Source: Candidatus Bathyarchaeota archaeon (GTDB lineage: Archaea > Thermoproteota > Bathyarchaeia > Bathyarchaeales > Bathycorpusculaceae). From it: 64,000 nucleotides of DNA. The stretch lies in NCBI GenBank assembly GCA_963782525.1, contig CAWAKC010000003.1, positions 399,548 through 463,547 of the forward strand. Reading direction: 5' to 3'. Both the position numbers and the translations under genes were made by a program. The notes under the pieces were generated by a model. The model did not search any database and had not been told where the DNA came from. It worked only from the letters and a program-made list of their open reading frames with translations. Shown one piece after another: positions 45,001 to 53,693 of this stretch (position 1 is the stretch's first letter; the number at the start of each line of letters is the position of its first letter).

Positions 45001-45766
45001 AAACGAAAGAACAATACGCTCTCTTAAGGCGGGCAAAAATTCTAACCAAGTTTTTCAATTTCAAGGTGAAAAACACATAGACAGGGGACACTATGTTCTG
45101 AGATTTGACATGAAGAGTCAAGTAACTTCAGAACAGACCAAGAGCAGCTTCACGAGGGCTGTTAAGATCGGTGTTCTATCCGACCAGAAAAACTCACAAC
45201 AAGAAGTGTACAAGCGCTGGTTAAGCAAACATTCCTACGCTTGGGATGAACTAAATGATGCAGATGACCTGTGCAATTGCCTTTTGAACTATAATTTACT
45301 GATCCTTTCTCCTGAAGTAGAACTGAAAAAGCAGTGGGAAAACAACATCGTAAAATTCGTCAAAAGCGGTCAATCCCTGCTAATCCTCAGCAGCAATATG
45401 TTGGCTCGACCAGAATCCTTGGCGAATGCGTTAGGATACGCAGACATGAACTATGAGGTTGTCAATTCCAGTCAACTGCCCATAAGAGTACTCAATCAAC
45501 ATCCCATTGTTTCAGAATTTAGCCCAGGAGAACAACTAAACCTGAAGAACTGCACAGGCGATGTGTGCGTCTCCAAGAACAGCACAGGCATCGTCGTCGC
45601 AGAATATCCCAGCGTCAACGGGAAGCCCAACATACCAGCCATCATAGCTAAAGAGGATAAAGGAAAGGTAGTCTACTTCAACTTCCACGCCCCACCACAA
45701 TTCGACACTCTGCTAAAAAACACCATAGAATGGCTTCTGGAAACGACAGAAAATCCCCAACAATGA
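42011..45766 (+). CDS. Large surface protein: Ig-like domain, 8 InlB-B/Flg_new-like repeats, PKD-like domain, TM, then cytoplasmic Ig-like and GATase/ThuA-like domains (likely start ATG 42197)
   Basis: Signal peptide at MHRKILG; ~74-aa repeats YxLxxxVxGSGxxxP...GW....W.LNG...MDA.KTLTAVF; TM followed by a Lys-rich stop-transfer stretch. Confidence 0.85.
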   Translation: MSKERGKPTITPIEAQIRANLGAEASAASIHPTRTTRFAPYSTRVFKKICASPLTLRKNKSGMHRKILGYVILFLICISIALVMTPSVVEAANFSTNAYIWVEPSIIGVGQKVEISMSVYPFPPTGNVFHNYRVIITKPDGVNETLGPFSSDTTGFAATQYVAQQVGTFHAQFFFQREVFNGGDSYNASVSSSTTFIVQQNPVSMHLTIAISGSGSTNPVPGVYSYNPGDNVSVTALPAPGWIFSYWGDESNSNPYNLTMFADKYLEAYFTQIQYSLNNTVTGSGTINPSPGIHQYASGTVVNVSATPNSGWILSSLMLNGVNVGSASPYYLLMDANKTLTAVFTPIPSSLNITVTGSGTTNPALGIHQYTPGTVVSVNAIPGSGWSFGYWMLNGVNVSSFSPYSVTMDANKTLTAVFTQNLYSLNITVTGSGTTNPTPGVHQYLSGTIVSASATPTSGWTLSSWTLNGVNVGSGNPYSVTMDANKTLTAVFVPIQYRLTTSVSGSGTISPAPGSYQYQSGAVVNVTATPNSGWMLSSLVLNGVNVSSVSPYYLSMDSNDSLTAVFTQIPYTLNISVTGSGTTNPTPAVRQYLSGTVVGVSAIPSSGWTLSSWMLNGVNEGINSPYTVTMDADKTLTAVFTQQPAYTLSTVVSGSGNISPDPGGHQYAAGTAVSVSAAPASGWTFSYWLLNGVNVGSTSTYTVSMNADNTLTAVFKQQPPLTAQLTISVQGSGSTSPAVGNHTYDLGTSLQVTAQPNANWSFNCWLLNNNNISQALNYLVTMNGDQSLVAIFQQNNLRPSAVIDSIGPSSATVGQQVTLSGHGNDTDGVITGYRWISDIDGLLSTLPSFSISNLSVGTHRISFQVQDNNGDWSIKSEQAITIEESTSLSLVAISVAAVAGSIILTGGLILFRGKLSNFFRSKVRFKKNTDTENQKEKEEKKKKQKEKNSLELNATLPPRIMESRLYDAQINVKNTGNSNVKDIVIRAQATPGISISRNERTIRSLKAGKNSNQVFQFQGEKHIDRGHYVLRFDMKSQVTSEQTKSSFTRAVKIGVLSDQKNSQQEVYKRWLSKHSYAWDELNDADDLCNCLLNYNLLILSPEVELKKQWENNIVKFVKSGQSLLILSSNMLARPESLANALGYADMNYEVVNSSQLPIRVLNQHPIVSEFSPGEQLNLKNCTGDVCVSKNSTGIVVAEYPSVNGKPNIPAIIAKEDKGKVVYFNFHAPPQFDTLLKNTIEWLLETTENPQQ
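42625..44390 (+). repeat. Eight tandem ~222-bp coding repeats
   Basis: Recurring DNA such as ttgaacatcacagttaccggttcaggaaccactaatcc. Confidence 0.9.
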
Positions 45767-45841
45767 CAGCTAAGAGCTCTGCAAGTTGATTAGAGATTCA
45801 TAAAGCATAAGCCTTAAGAACCGAACTAAATCAGGAACGCA

Positions 45842-46108
45842 ATGACGACGCCTGATTCAATCCCTAACCATAGAAGTGACTTTATCTTCCACTTTTTAGG
45901 CCTTAGCTGCATAGGCGGCGCAATAATCCTCCAAGTTGTGATGTTTTCAAGCATTCTTTTCCAAGGATACTTTCGGGGGGTGGAGAATAATCCAACTATT
46001 CTCGCGTTCGAAATTGTGCTTACAGCCTACGGGTTTCTTTATTTTATATACATGTATCAGCGGTTGATCCGCTCGTTCAAACAAACGCTAACCAACAGAA
46101 AAAAATAG
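45842..46108 (+). CDS. Small two-TM membrane protein
   Basis: Two hydrophobic helices. Confidence 0.65.
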   Translation: MTTPDSIPNHRSDFIFHFLGLSCIGGAIILQVVMFSSILFQGYFRGVENNPTILAFEIVLTAYGFLYFIYMYQRLIRSFKQTLTNRKK

Positions 46109-46494
46109 CATTTTCTTTTAATACCTAAAGAGAATTTCCTACGAGTTCTTAGGGTTAGCCACAATTCTTTCTAGCCAACCTCCAGACATATTTTCTGTCA
46201 CCAACTCCTCAAAGTGAGCTAGAAAATATTTGATTTGAATTAAGATTTATTTTAATAAAAAGCGCTAAGGCGCTATTTAATTTGAGGCATCAGAGGCTGC
46301 AAGCTATAGTGAGGGTGTTTAGGGCGTGTTTTTCTGAATGTAATCTTCCACCTGTTGCCCAGTTGCTTTTTGGAGATTCATAGATCACTATTTGGCCGGC
46401 TTCTTTTGGCATAAAGCAAATTTAACAGTTCAATTTCTTGAGCAGTTAAAAATTGTTTTTCATTGTAGGGCACAATCTTTTGCTTAGATCTTCT

Positions 46495-46698
46495 TTATGA
46501 ATGCTTAGTATTTTCTCGGTTGTTTCGTCGAGAAAACATTCGTGTATCGACTGATTCTTGGTCTCCATGAACCTTGTTCTTAACGAATTCTCGTTTTTCA
46601 AGTCCACACACACAACAAAAGAAACCGCCTTGTGCACCCCTAAGTATTGCACCACCACACCGGGAACAACTGTCAGAATTACTGTTGCTATACGACAT
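46495..46698 (-). CDS. Small zinc-ribbon protein
   Basis: CSRCGG...CCVCG. Confidence 0.4.
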   Translation of the reverse strand: MSYSNSNSDSCSRCGGAILRGAQGGFFCCVCGLEKREFVKNKVHGDQESVDTRMFSRRNNRENTKHS

Positions 46699-47169
46699 TA
46701 AGCTCTATAGACCAGATATTTTAGAAGACATATTTAATTTTTGGCATAACTCAAAATTGTAGTACCAAGGTGTTGGTTCTGTAACTGCTTCTCAGTCAAC
46801 CTTGACCACTACATTTGAAAATCGAGCATAAATCATCATTATCGATTACTTGATTTTTTCCAAACCAGGATTAAATACCATATCGATAGCTAATATGACT
46901 GTATATTTACCGCTTATTGCCTTTCTAAAGAACGACTGGTTTTGTGTATGCTGATGTTTCGGTAAGGAATTGAGTTTCCGCCTTGTTGAGTGTAGATGTT
47001 AGGTACTCTTCGGCTCGGGTTGCCACAACTTGGAAAAGTCTTTAAAAAGGCTGCCTTAAAAATTGGTTCTCTCTTTTGATAACGTTAGACTGCATTTTCC
47101 TTCCTTAGTTCTAATATGGATTCAGAAGAAACAGATGTTATATCGCAATTGAAATAATAGTAAGGTGAC

Positions 47170-48264
47170 ATGCAATATTATTGTAACGTTTGCAAGCAAG
47201 CGATAAGTCAAGCGGAATATATGTATTCCAAAAACAATTTTACAAAACCGCTCTGTCGTGATCACCAAGTCATAGCTCGAGAAAGAGGAAATTATTCAAA
47301 AGCTGATCCAAAAACTAAAAGTTTGGATGAAGTAATTTTTAATTCAAGAGTTTTGGACAACTCAAATTCAAGCTCAATGCAGAATGAATTGAAGTTAGAA
47401 ATACTTTTGAAAGATTCAAGAGCAATTAGAATAGCAAAAGCCATTCCGATAGAAAATAGAAATGAAGTCATCGAAAAATACATAATTCTGGGAGAGATGG
47501 TCGCTTCTCATGCCTCTATAAGCACCAACAAAGAAACAGTCGCTGAATTTTTTTCACCATTGACAAATGATATTGACATGATAAGGGAACAGTTGAGAAT
47601 GATTGTTCCAGTAATTGCTGCTCCAGCAGCCAAAGGAAAAATGACCGTGGACGTAGTTTTTGAGAGCTTAAAGGAACATTTTATGGATGATTCTTTTGAA
47701 GATGTTTCAAAAATAGGCAAGTGTGCTGATATTCTGGCTACAACTGCAGATTCAGGGATTCCAATTCTAATCGAACTCAAAGATTATAGTAATGTCGTGC
47801 CGGTTGTTGAAGTGGAGAAGTTTTGGCGAGATATCGAGCGACGAGGAACTAAGTATGGCATTTTCATTTCAATGCGGACTGGCATAGCTAAGTGTTCAAG
47901 CTGCATCAGCGTTAAAACTGAAATGAATAAGACAGCTGTTTTCATCAACAACAGCGAACTAAACTGGTCAGGCCATCTTTTCGCCTATTATGTTATCAAA
48001 AAGATAGCTGAATTGGAATCAGCTAAGAGAAAAGAATTGAACGGTCAAGAAATCGGTCAGGTTCTTGCGAAAGTTAACAAACATATTCTTGACTTAAAAA
48101 GACATTTAGAATCAATCGATAAGATCGAAGATGTTGCTGATAGTCTAAGGACTACATGCAAAAAGAAACTAGACGAATTGATAAACGTCTCTAATACTTT
48201 AAAGAGAAACATGAACGATGAAATAGACGCGACAATTTCCGATTTGACAACCATTGAACCCTGA
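47170..48264 (+). CDS. Zinc finger + coiled coil + restriction-endonuclease-like (RmuC/DUF2130-type) protein
   Basis: CNVC...LCRDH; KGKMT; ADIL...ILIELKDY...EVEKFWRDI. Confidence 0.7.
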   Translation: MQYYCNVCKQAISQAEYMYSKNNFTKPLCRDHQVIARERGNYSKADPKTKSLDEVIFNSRVLDNSNSSSMQNELKLEILLKDSRAIRIAKAIPIENRNEVIEKYIILGEMVASHASISTNKETVAEFFSPLTNDIDMIREQLRMIVPVIAAPAAKGKMTVDVVFESLKEHFMDDSFEDVSKIGKCADILATTADSGIPILIELKDYSNVVPVVEVEKFWRDIERRGTKYGIFISMRTGIAKCSSCISVKTEMNKTAVFINNSELNWSGHLFAYYVIKKIAELESAKRKELNGQEIGQVLAKVNKHILDLKRHLESIDKIEDVADSLRTTCKKKLDELINVSNTLKRNMNDEIDATISDLTTIEP

Positions 48265-48576
48265 TTACTTCGGATCAATCATCGGTCATCAGTAACTCCG
48301 AGCTACTCTATACCTAATTCTTCAGTCAAGGCATAAGAATTTTGGGAATAGAGTCTATAAGGATTTGATATCGACGAATACATCTGCCACGGCTGTCGAA
48401 ATGAGGCCACTTACTCAAAAGAGATGTTGCTGCTGCTGATGCTGCTGCAAATCGATTTTGCACATTGACTGTTGCATCTATCAAAACTAAACCCAAATTA
48501 CAGCATTTAATCTGAGCCCTTGGTCGGCAGCATGTTTTTATCTTACAAAAACAGTATACTTTTTTGGTAATACTAA

Positions 48577-48807
48577 ATGTGTGCACAAGCAACCGTTTGC
48601 GCAAAAGTTCCTGCCGAACTTAAAGAAAAATTAGCCAGCTTAGGGGTGAATGTAAGCGAGCTAATACGTGAACATCTGCAAGCAGAAGTAGACCGCTTGG
48701 AAAAAGAGCGCCAACAAAAAACTGCACACGAAGTATCAGCTATCCTAAAAAAGATTCCACCCGAAGAATTCATTGAATCCGTTAGAGCCACCAGGGAAAG
48801 TAGATGA
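48577..48807 (+). CDS. VapB/CcdA-like antitoxin (copy 2)
   Basis: One amino-acid difference from copy 1. Confidence 0.8.
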   Translation: MCAQATVCAKVPAELKEKLASLGVNVSELIREHLQAEVDRLEKERQQKTAHEVSAILKKIPPEEFIESVRATRESR

Positions 48808-49232
48808 CGCAGCCCAAATTGCTATTTGACGCCAATGCCATCTATAACCTCATTAGAGAGAATCCAGATGACGCCGTAGATATATTGACTGAAGGCGCAA
48901 CAATCCAATTAGCATACTACGAGCTCGGCAACGCCTTGTGGCGAGAATGCTTTCTGCTTAAAAGAATAAGCATGGAAGAGGCTGATAAGTCACTTTGTTT
49001 TATGTACGAGATTCTGCAGCGAATGCAGATAGCATCACTTGATATTGAGTCAGGGCGCCAAGTGTTGGATGCAGCAGGTAAATTTAATTTGACGTTTTAT
49101 GACTCAGCTTATCTTACAGAGGCAAAGAAATCTAACACTCCTTTGGTCACCGACGATAAAAAACTTGCCAAAGCAGCAGAAAACTTTGGCATAAAAACGC
49201 TCTCCAGCATGGCTATTACAAACAACCGATAA
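48804..49232 (+). CDS. vapC: VapC PIN toxin (copy 2)
   Basis: Same PIN motifs as copy 1. Confidence 0.9.
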   Translation: MTQPKLLFDANAIYNLIRENPDDAVDILTEGATIQLAYYELGNALWRECFLLKRISMEEADKSLCFMYEILQRMQIASLDIESGRQVLDAAGKFNLTFYDSAYLTEAKKSNTPLVTDDKKLAKAAENFGIKTLSSMAITNNR

Positions 49233-49236
49233 CATG

Positions 49237-49316
49237 GATTAGGATATAGGCCTGAGCGCATTTTGGCGTTAGCGTTTAACCAGAAAGCCGCTGAGGAGCT
49301 GAAGGCAAGAGTTATC
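49237..49316 (+). repeat. Second dispersed fragment of uvrD (copy of ~17020-17100)
   Basis: aggcctgagcgcattttggcgttagcgtttaaccagaaagccgctgaggagctgaag. Confidence 0.9.
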
Positions 49317-49488
49317 CGAAAAAATCTGAATGTGACATATAACAAGGTTTAGAAGCGATTGAACAATTCCTCAAAACAAGAATTACCAACTTCGAAGACC
49401 CAACGAACTAATCTACCCAGAAATCAACCCAAATGCATAATGGATTGACAAAAGCTGCAGAATTGAATAAATTAGGGCGTCTTGAGAT

Positions 49489-49731
49489 TTAAACTTTCTT
49501 CGTGGGGCTCTGATGCACAGTTTCCAAATGGGTGGATAATTCTTCTTTAGTATTGAAAACTTTACCACATATTTGGCAAGCAAACTTGTTTGACGTTGGA
49601 TTGTCCATGGGAGGAAGCGCGGAAGGCTGCTGATCGGGGGATTCAAGAGAACCATCTGGTGGGGCTGGTGCAGTCAAATCGTCGAACGGGTCATTTGACT
49701 TTTTTTCATATTGAAAATCAGACTCAGACAA
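49489..49731 (-). CDS. Small C2H2 zinc-finger protein
   Basis: FACQICGKVFNTKEELSTHLETVH. Confidence 0.75.
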   Translation of the reverse strand: MSESDFQYEKKSNDPFDDLTAPAPPDGSLESPDQQPSALPPMDNPTSNKFACQICGKVFNTKEELSTHLETVHQSPTKKV

Positions 49732-50116
49732 AATATTACCTTCAATGCAAACGGGTTATTCCTCTTAAGCATTGTGTCCATCTAACAACAGCAACATAAG
49801 AGTACGTGTCAGTTAAGGCCTGATTTGAGAGAAAAAACAGAATCACCAAACATAACAGCCTACAATAAAATTATGGACACGGCTGATTTAGATAACAATC
49901 ACACTACCCCTTTTTGTATCCGTTACTTTTTTTGAGAGAATAAGGGGAACGTTTCATCGGCGGTTGTGCAGATGATTTTTTGTATACTGCAATTGCAACT
50001 GGCAGGGCGTCATAATTATAACTCTAATCGATATAGAAAATGATTCAATTTTTCCAAGTAATACTTGTTAGCGCAAGTATTATTAATGCAGATGATATAT
50101 TTAATATGGGGTTATT

Positions 50117-50729
50117 ATGGCTTTTTTAGGGTCACTTGTGGCTTTTTTGTCTTCCTCGACCGCAAAATCTATCGGCAAATTCATTTTTGATCGGCTTGAA
50201 GCATTTATCAACAATAAGACCACAAATTTGACTGCGCAAGATAAAACTAAATTGAAGATTCAAAGTGATGAAGTGAAAGCAATTAACAACAATATCCAAA
50301 ACGTGCCCCAAAACGAGACCGTCGCTGAAAAAGACATTGAACATCTGAAGAAAAAAATTGTTGAGATAGAGGACTTTCAAAAGAAAAAAAAAGTTGTCCA
50401 AGGTTCTAATTTCCCCAGAATTGTTTGAAAACTGGATCGAGAACGAAGCCATTGAGGATCGAGCTCTAATAGCCCACAAAAGATTGGACAACATCATTGA
50501 TTGGTGTCTCAAGAATAAAATAAAAGAAACAAAACGATGGCAAATAGAAAACGTATCAAACAACCTTGCCATGTTTACCAGCAACCTAAGAAAAGCAAGA
50601 GAAACCCTGCAAGGTAATGAAAACTACATTCCCTATAAGCAAAGTGTTATGGAAGCGGAAATAGCCCTTCGATCTAACTTGAGCGCCGCCAAAACGATTT
50701 TTACAGAATACAAAAACTACGGGTGCTAA
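50117..50729 (+). CDS. Hypothetical helical protein, two ORFs (50117..50428, 50394..50729) joined across an A9 run
   Basis: Overlapping frames meet at aagaaaaaaaaagttg. Confidence 0.5.
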
Positions 50730-50807
50730 AAATGGCAAAGATACGCATTACACCCCAAAAAATTACAGAAATGTTCGGAAAATACGACGATTGTCAAGAA
50801 GAACCAG

Positions 50808-51608
50808 TTGAATGCGGTCAGAATCCGCAAATTCTTAAAAGACCTCCTTGCGACATGGAGCGTTCCAAAGAGTAAAGTAGATAAAACAATACATATTCTT
50901 GAAATACTTAAACAAAACATAAGTGAAGTCAAGCTCTCACAAGAAATGAGCACCCTTGACCCGAGCAATACTATTGTGTCCCAAAAAAGAAAAATGGATG
51001 AACAAAATCTCAGACTAACCATAGCCAAAGTCAAGGGATGGTTAAACACTTTAGTGGAAAAACAAAGGTTAGAGACTCTCTCACTAAAGTATGCTATCAT
51101 TGCAGCAACCTTGAGCGCCGCCGCAGGGATTGGGGCAACATACGCATTATACTTATTTTATCCTCTTAAAACTTGGACTCTGGGTCAATTCACGCCTCAG
51201 ATAGGTTTAGTTGTTTCTTTAATCGCAATCATCTTTGTGTGGAAAACTCTTCGATACAACTCATCGCCAACTCAAATTGTCGTAGCAGTTTTGATTACTC
51301 CACTTTTTGCCGCAATTACAACAACCTGCATAGTACTTGCCACAAGTGCATTAACATCAAATCTTGTAATGGCTGGTGGAGGAGAAGCCTCAAAATTCGT
51401 TAATTCACAACAAACGCTCCTCAGTCTTAATGAGTTAATGAACAGGACATCTTTAGACGTTTTTCTCTTAGTTGGATTACTTCTCAGCATAGTTGTCGTT
51501 TTCCTTTTTGGGGTACTATCATCCCGAATGGAACAAGGGGTGATGGAGATCAAATCATTCAAGCCCCCAATTGAAGCTGCAGATGAAACTGACGACGATC
51601 TTTCCTAA
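50808..51608 (+). CDS. Multi-pass (4 TM) membrane protein
   Basis: Four hydrophobic segments in the C-terminal half. Confidence 0.7.
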   Translation: MNAVRIRKFLKDLLATWSVPKSKVDKTIHILEILKQNISEVKLSQEMSTLDPSNTIVSQKRKMDEQNLRLTIAKVKGWLNTLVEKQRLETLSLKYAIIAATLSAAAGIGATYALYLFYPLKTWTLGQFTPQIGLVVSLIAIIFVWKTLRYNSSPTQIVVAVLITPLFAAITTTCIVLATSALTSNLVMAGGGEASKFVNSQQTLLSLNELMNRTSLDVFLLVGLLLSIVVVFLFGVLSSRMEQGVMEIKSFKPPIEAADETDDDLS

Positions 51609-51714
51609 GAGGCCTATGAAACTTTAGCCAAGATATTCTTGGTTATCCAAGAAAAACCCTAAAACCCTTTGAGCAAGCACTAAGAAACAACCCAACCAGC
51701 TATAAAGTAGATCG

Positions 51715-52018
51715 ATGGACAGACAAATAGCTTTTTGTCAAACGCTGCCGAAGGATTACTTGGAAAAAAGCATTAAAATCAAAGAATTTAACCACATATC
51801 GCTTAGAGCCCTTCAGCCACTCGATATTATAGTGACCAAAATTGGCAGGCTAAATGATAGAGACATGCAAGATATAGACGCCTGCATCAAAAAAAGCGAA
51901 TGTTTCAAAAGCTGAAATCACGAAGAGAGCTTTGTTGGTTGTTCAAACCTACCGAGAACCAGAAGAAGACTACCTAAAACACCTAGACATAGTGCTCAAC
52001 AAATTCTTTAACAAATAA
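51715..52018 (+). pseudogene. C-terminal remnant of a DUF6036-like nucleotidyltransferase
   Basis: LPKDYL...LQPLDIIVTKIGRLNDRDMQDI, with a frameshifted tail. Confidence 0.65.
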
Positions 52019-52324
52019 CTATTTTGCAAACGGGCTTGGGGTAAAGCCTAAACAAAAAGATGCAGTCTAAACAAAGGAAAACTTTGGTGGATGATGAATA
52101 AAATTGGATTTTAGAGGTTGAGGGAAGATAAGGTAAAAGAAAAACTGCGGTAGTCTTTCTCGTGAGTGTTGGCGCCGCCGAAAGGTAGCGACTCGATACC
52201 AGACAACTTATACTAGAACAATTTCTTCTTTTTTTAAATCATCTTACCGAGCAGGCTATTTTTTGAGAATTAATTTTCCTTACCCTAGGCAACCCTCTGA
52301 AAATAATTCGGGAGGCTCTTAATT

Positions 52325-52627
52325 TTGGGTCATTTTCGTATGGGTCCTCTTAATATTCTTCAGCCTTTGCTTGAGCAGGCTGCTTTAGAGCAGCAGACGC
52401 TGGGTGCTCCTTCACAAAAGACGTTGCTTGAGATTGCATATAGGCTGGTTCGGTGGGCGCCTAACTTGTATAGCGGCTTCAGTAACCCATGTTATTCTGA
52501 TGAGGAGAAGACTGCTGCAAAAGCCTTGCTAAAAAAGCATGGTTTAGAGAAGCTTGGGAATTTGAGTCCTCGATACAAGAAGCCCACTCTAGAACTTATA
52601 GAGAAATTAAAAGAGAAGCAAATTTAG
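52325..52627 (+). CDS. Viral hypothetical protein
   Basis: First ORF of a co-oriented cluster; ggagg RBS. Confidence 0.55.
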   Translation: MGHFRMGPLNILQPLLEQAALEQQTLGAPSQKTLLEIAYRLVRWAPNLYSGFSNPCYSDEEKTAAKALLKKHGLEKLGNLSPRYKKPTLELIEKLKEKQI

Positions 52628-52640
52628 GAGCTGAGTTTTT

Positions 52641-53594
52641 TTGGTTGAAGCATCTGATAACACTGCCAACACCCCTACCAACAGGTGTTGCAACAGTTGG
52701 CACTCCTCAAAGCCCAAAGGCATAGAAGCACTAACATATCAGATTATCGATGCTTCAGAAATTGAGCTTAAACCATGCGAGATAGCCCGAAAAATCCATG
52801 CTCCACGCAAGCCAACACCAGGTCAATATTCGACAGTTCGCTTTTTCTGCTCCAAACTGTTGCAAAAAGGCCTAATCATTCAGCCTTACCCTGGAAGTTA
52901 CTGCAACAAAATCACCTACGGGGTGCGGTTCGTGCCGCTCTCAGTGCATAACATTAGCTTGCGCAGTTTTGTCTGCCAAGATGTCAAGCATTGGGAGAAA
53001 GATGAGTTTGTTGGGGGAGTAAAGATTCATGTTTGTTTTGGATCTGAGCGCCGCAAAATCAGCGGATACCTCGCCTGCGACGTCGGCGGCATGAGTCATG
53101 ATGCATGTCTTTTGGCACTTAACCGTTGGTTTGACCTAGTCAACGACCATTTAGGCTTCCAACTCAACGATTTAGAGATCTTAACTTTTGAGTGCAACAA
53201 GGATTACCACGGCATCAGACTGGATGGCGTTCAATGCATAACCAAAATTGACCTCTATGGCATGGTTGAGCGGGTGTATCAAAAAGAGGAAGCCCTTGTT
53301 CGCAAGGAACGCAAGATCACAAAGCCGATGAGCGTAAATCGGTTTGAGCAAGCTATATCTAAAGGCTTTGCTGACACCGAAAGATCGCAGCATGCATTTG
53401 AGCTTCGGGAAGAGGTCAAACGTAACACTGAGGCGTTAAAGTATGCCAATAGTAGGCTTTTGCAGCTTGAGCGTTTAAACGAGGCAATGTTTGGAGCTCT
53501 CACCAAGCTCAACGATGTTTTGGGTAAGCTTGGCGATTTTGGCAGCCCTGTGCCTCTTGGGAAAGGGCAGGATTCTGAGGAGTATGTTCGTTGA
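52641..53594 (+). CDS. Viral wHTH-containing protein, possibly regulatory or replication-related
   Basis: N-terminal LKPCEIARKI...SKLLQKGLI HTH; C-terminal coiled coil. Confidence 0.55.
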   Translation: MVEASDNTANTPTNRCCNSWHSSKPKGIEALTYQIIDASEIELKPCEIARKIHAPRKPTPGQYSTVRFFCSKLLQKGLIIQPYPGSYCNKITYGVRFVPLSVHNISLRSFVCQDVKHWEKDEFVGGVKIHVCFGSERRKISGYLACDVGGMSHDACLLALNRWFDLVNDHLGFQLNDLEILTFECNKDYHGIRLDGVQCITKIDLYGMVERVYQKEEALVRKERKITKPMSVNRFEQAISKGFADTERSQHAFELREEVKRNTEALKYANSRLLQLERLNEAMFGALTKLNDVLGKLGDFGSPVPLGKGQDSEEYVR

Positions 53595-53693
53595 CAGTTA
53601 TGGAGTTGATTGTTTGGGAAGTCATGAGAAAAAAAGAGCTAAGAAAAGACATCAAAAATTGAAGTTGGAATTGAAGAAATTGGGGGTTTACCC

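Larger units (their letters stand above)
48323..49239 (+). repeat. Direct repeat copy 2 (contains a vapBC module)
   Basis: Near-identical to 39409-40325. Confidence 0.95.

Noticed and set aside
16278-49350. Several dif/pdif-like ATAA-N6-TTA patterns (near 16280, 40845, 40885, 49330)
   Set aside because: The arms are too dissimilar from each other and such patterns are expected in AT-rich DNA; no Xer gene in the window.
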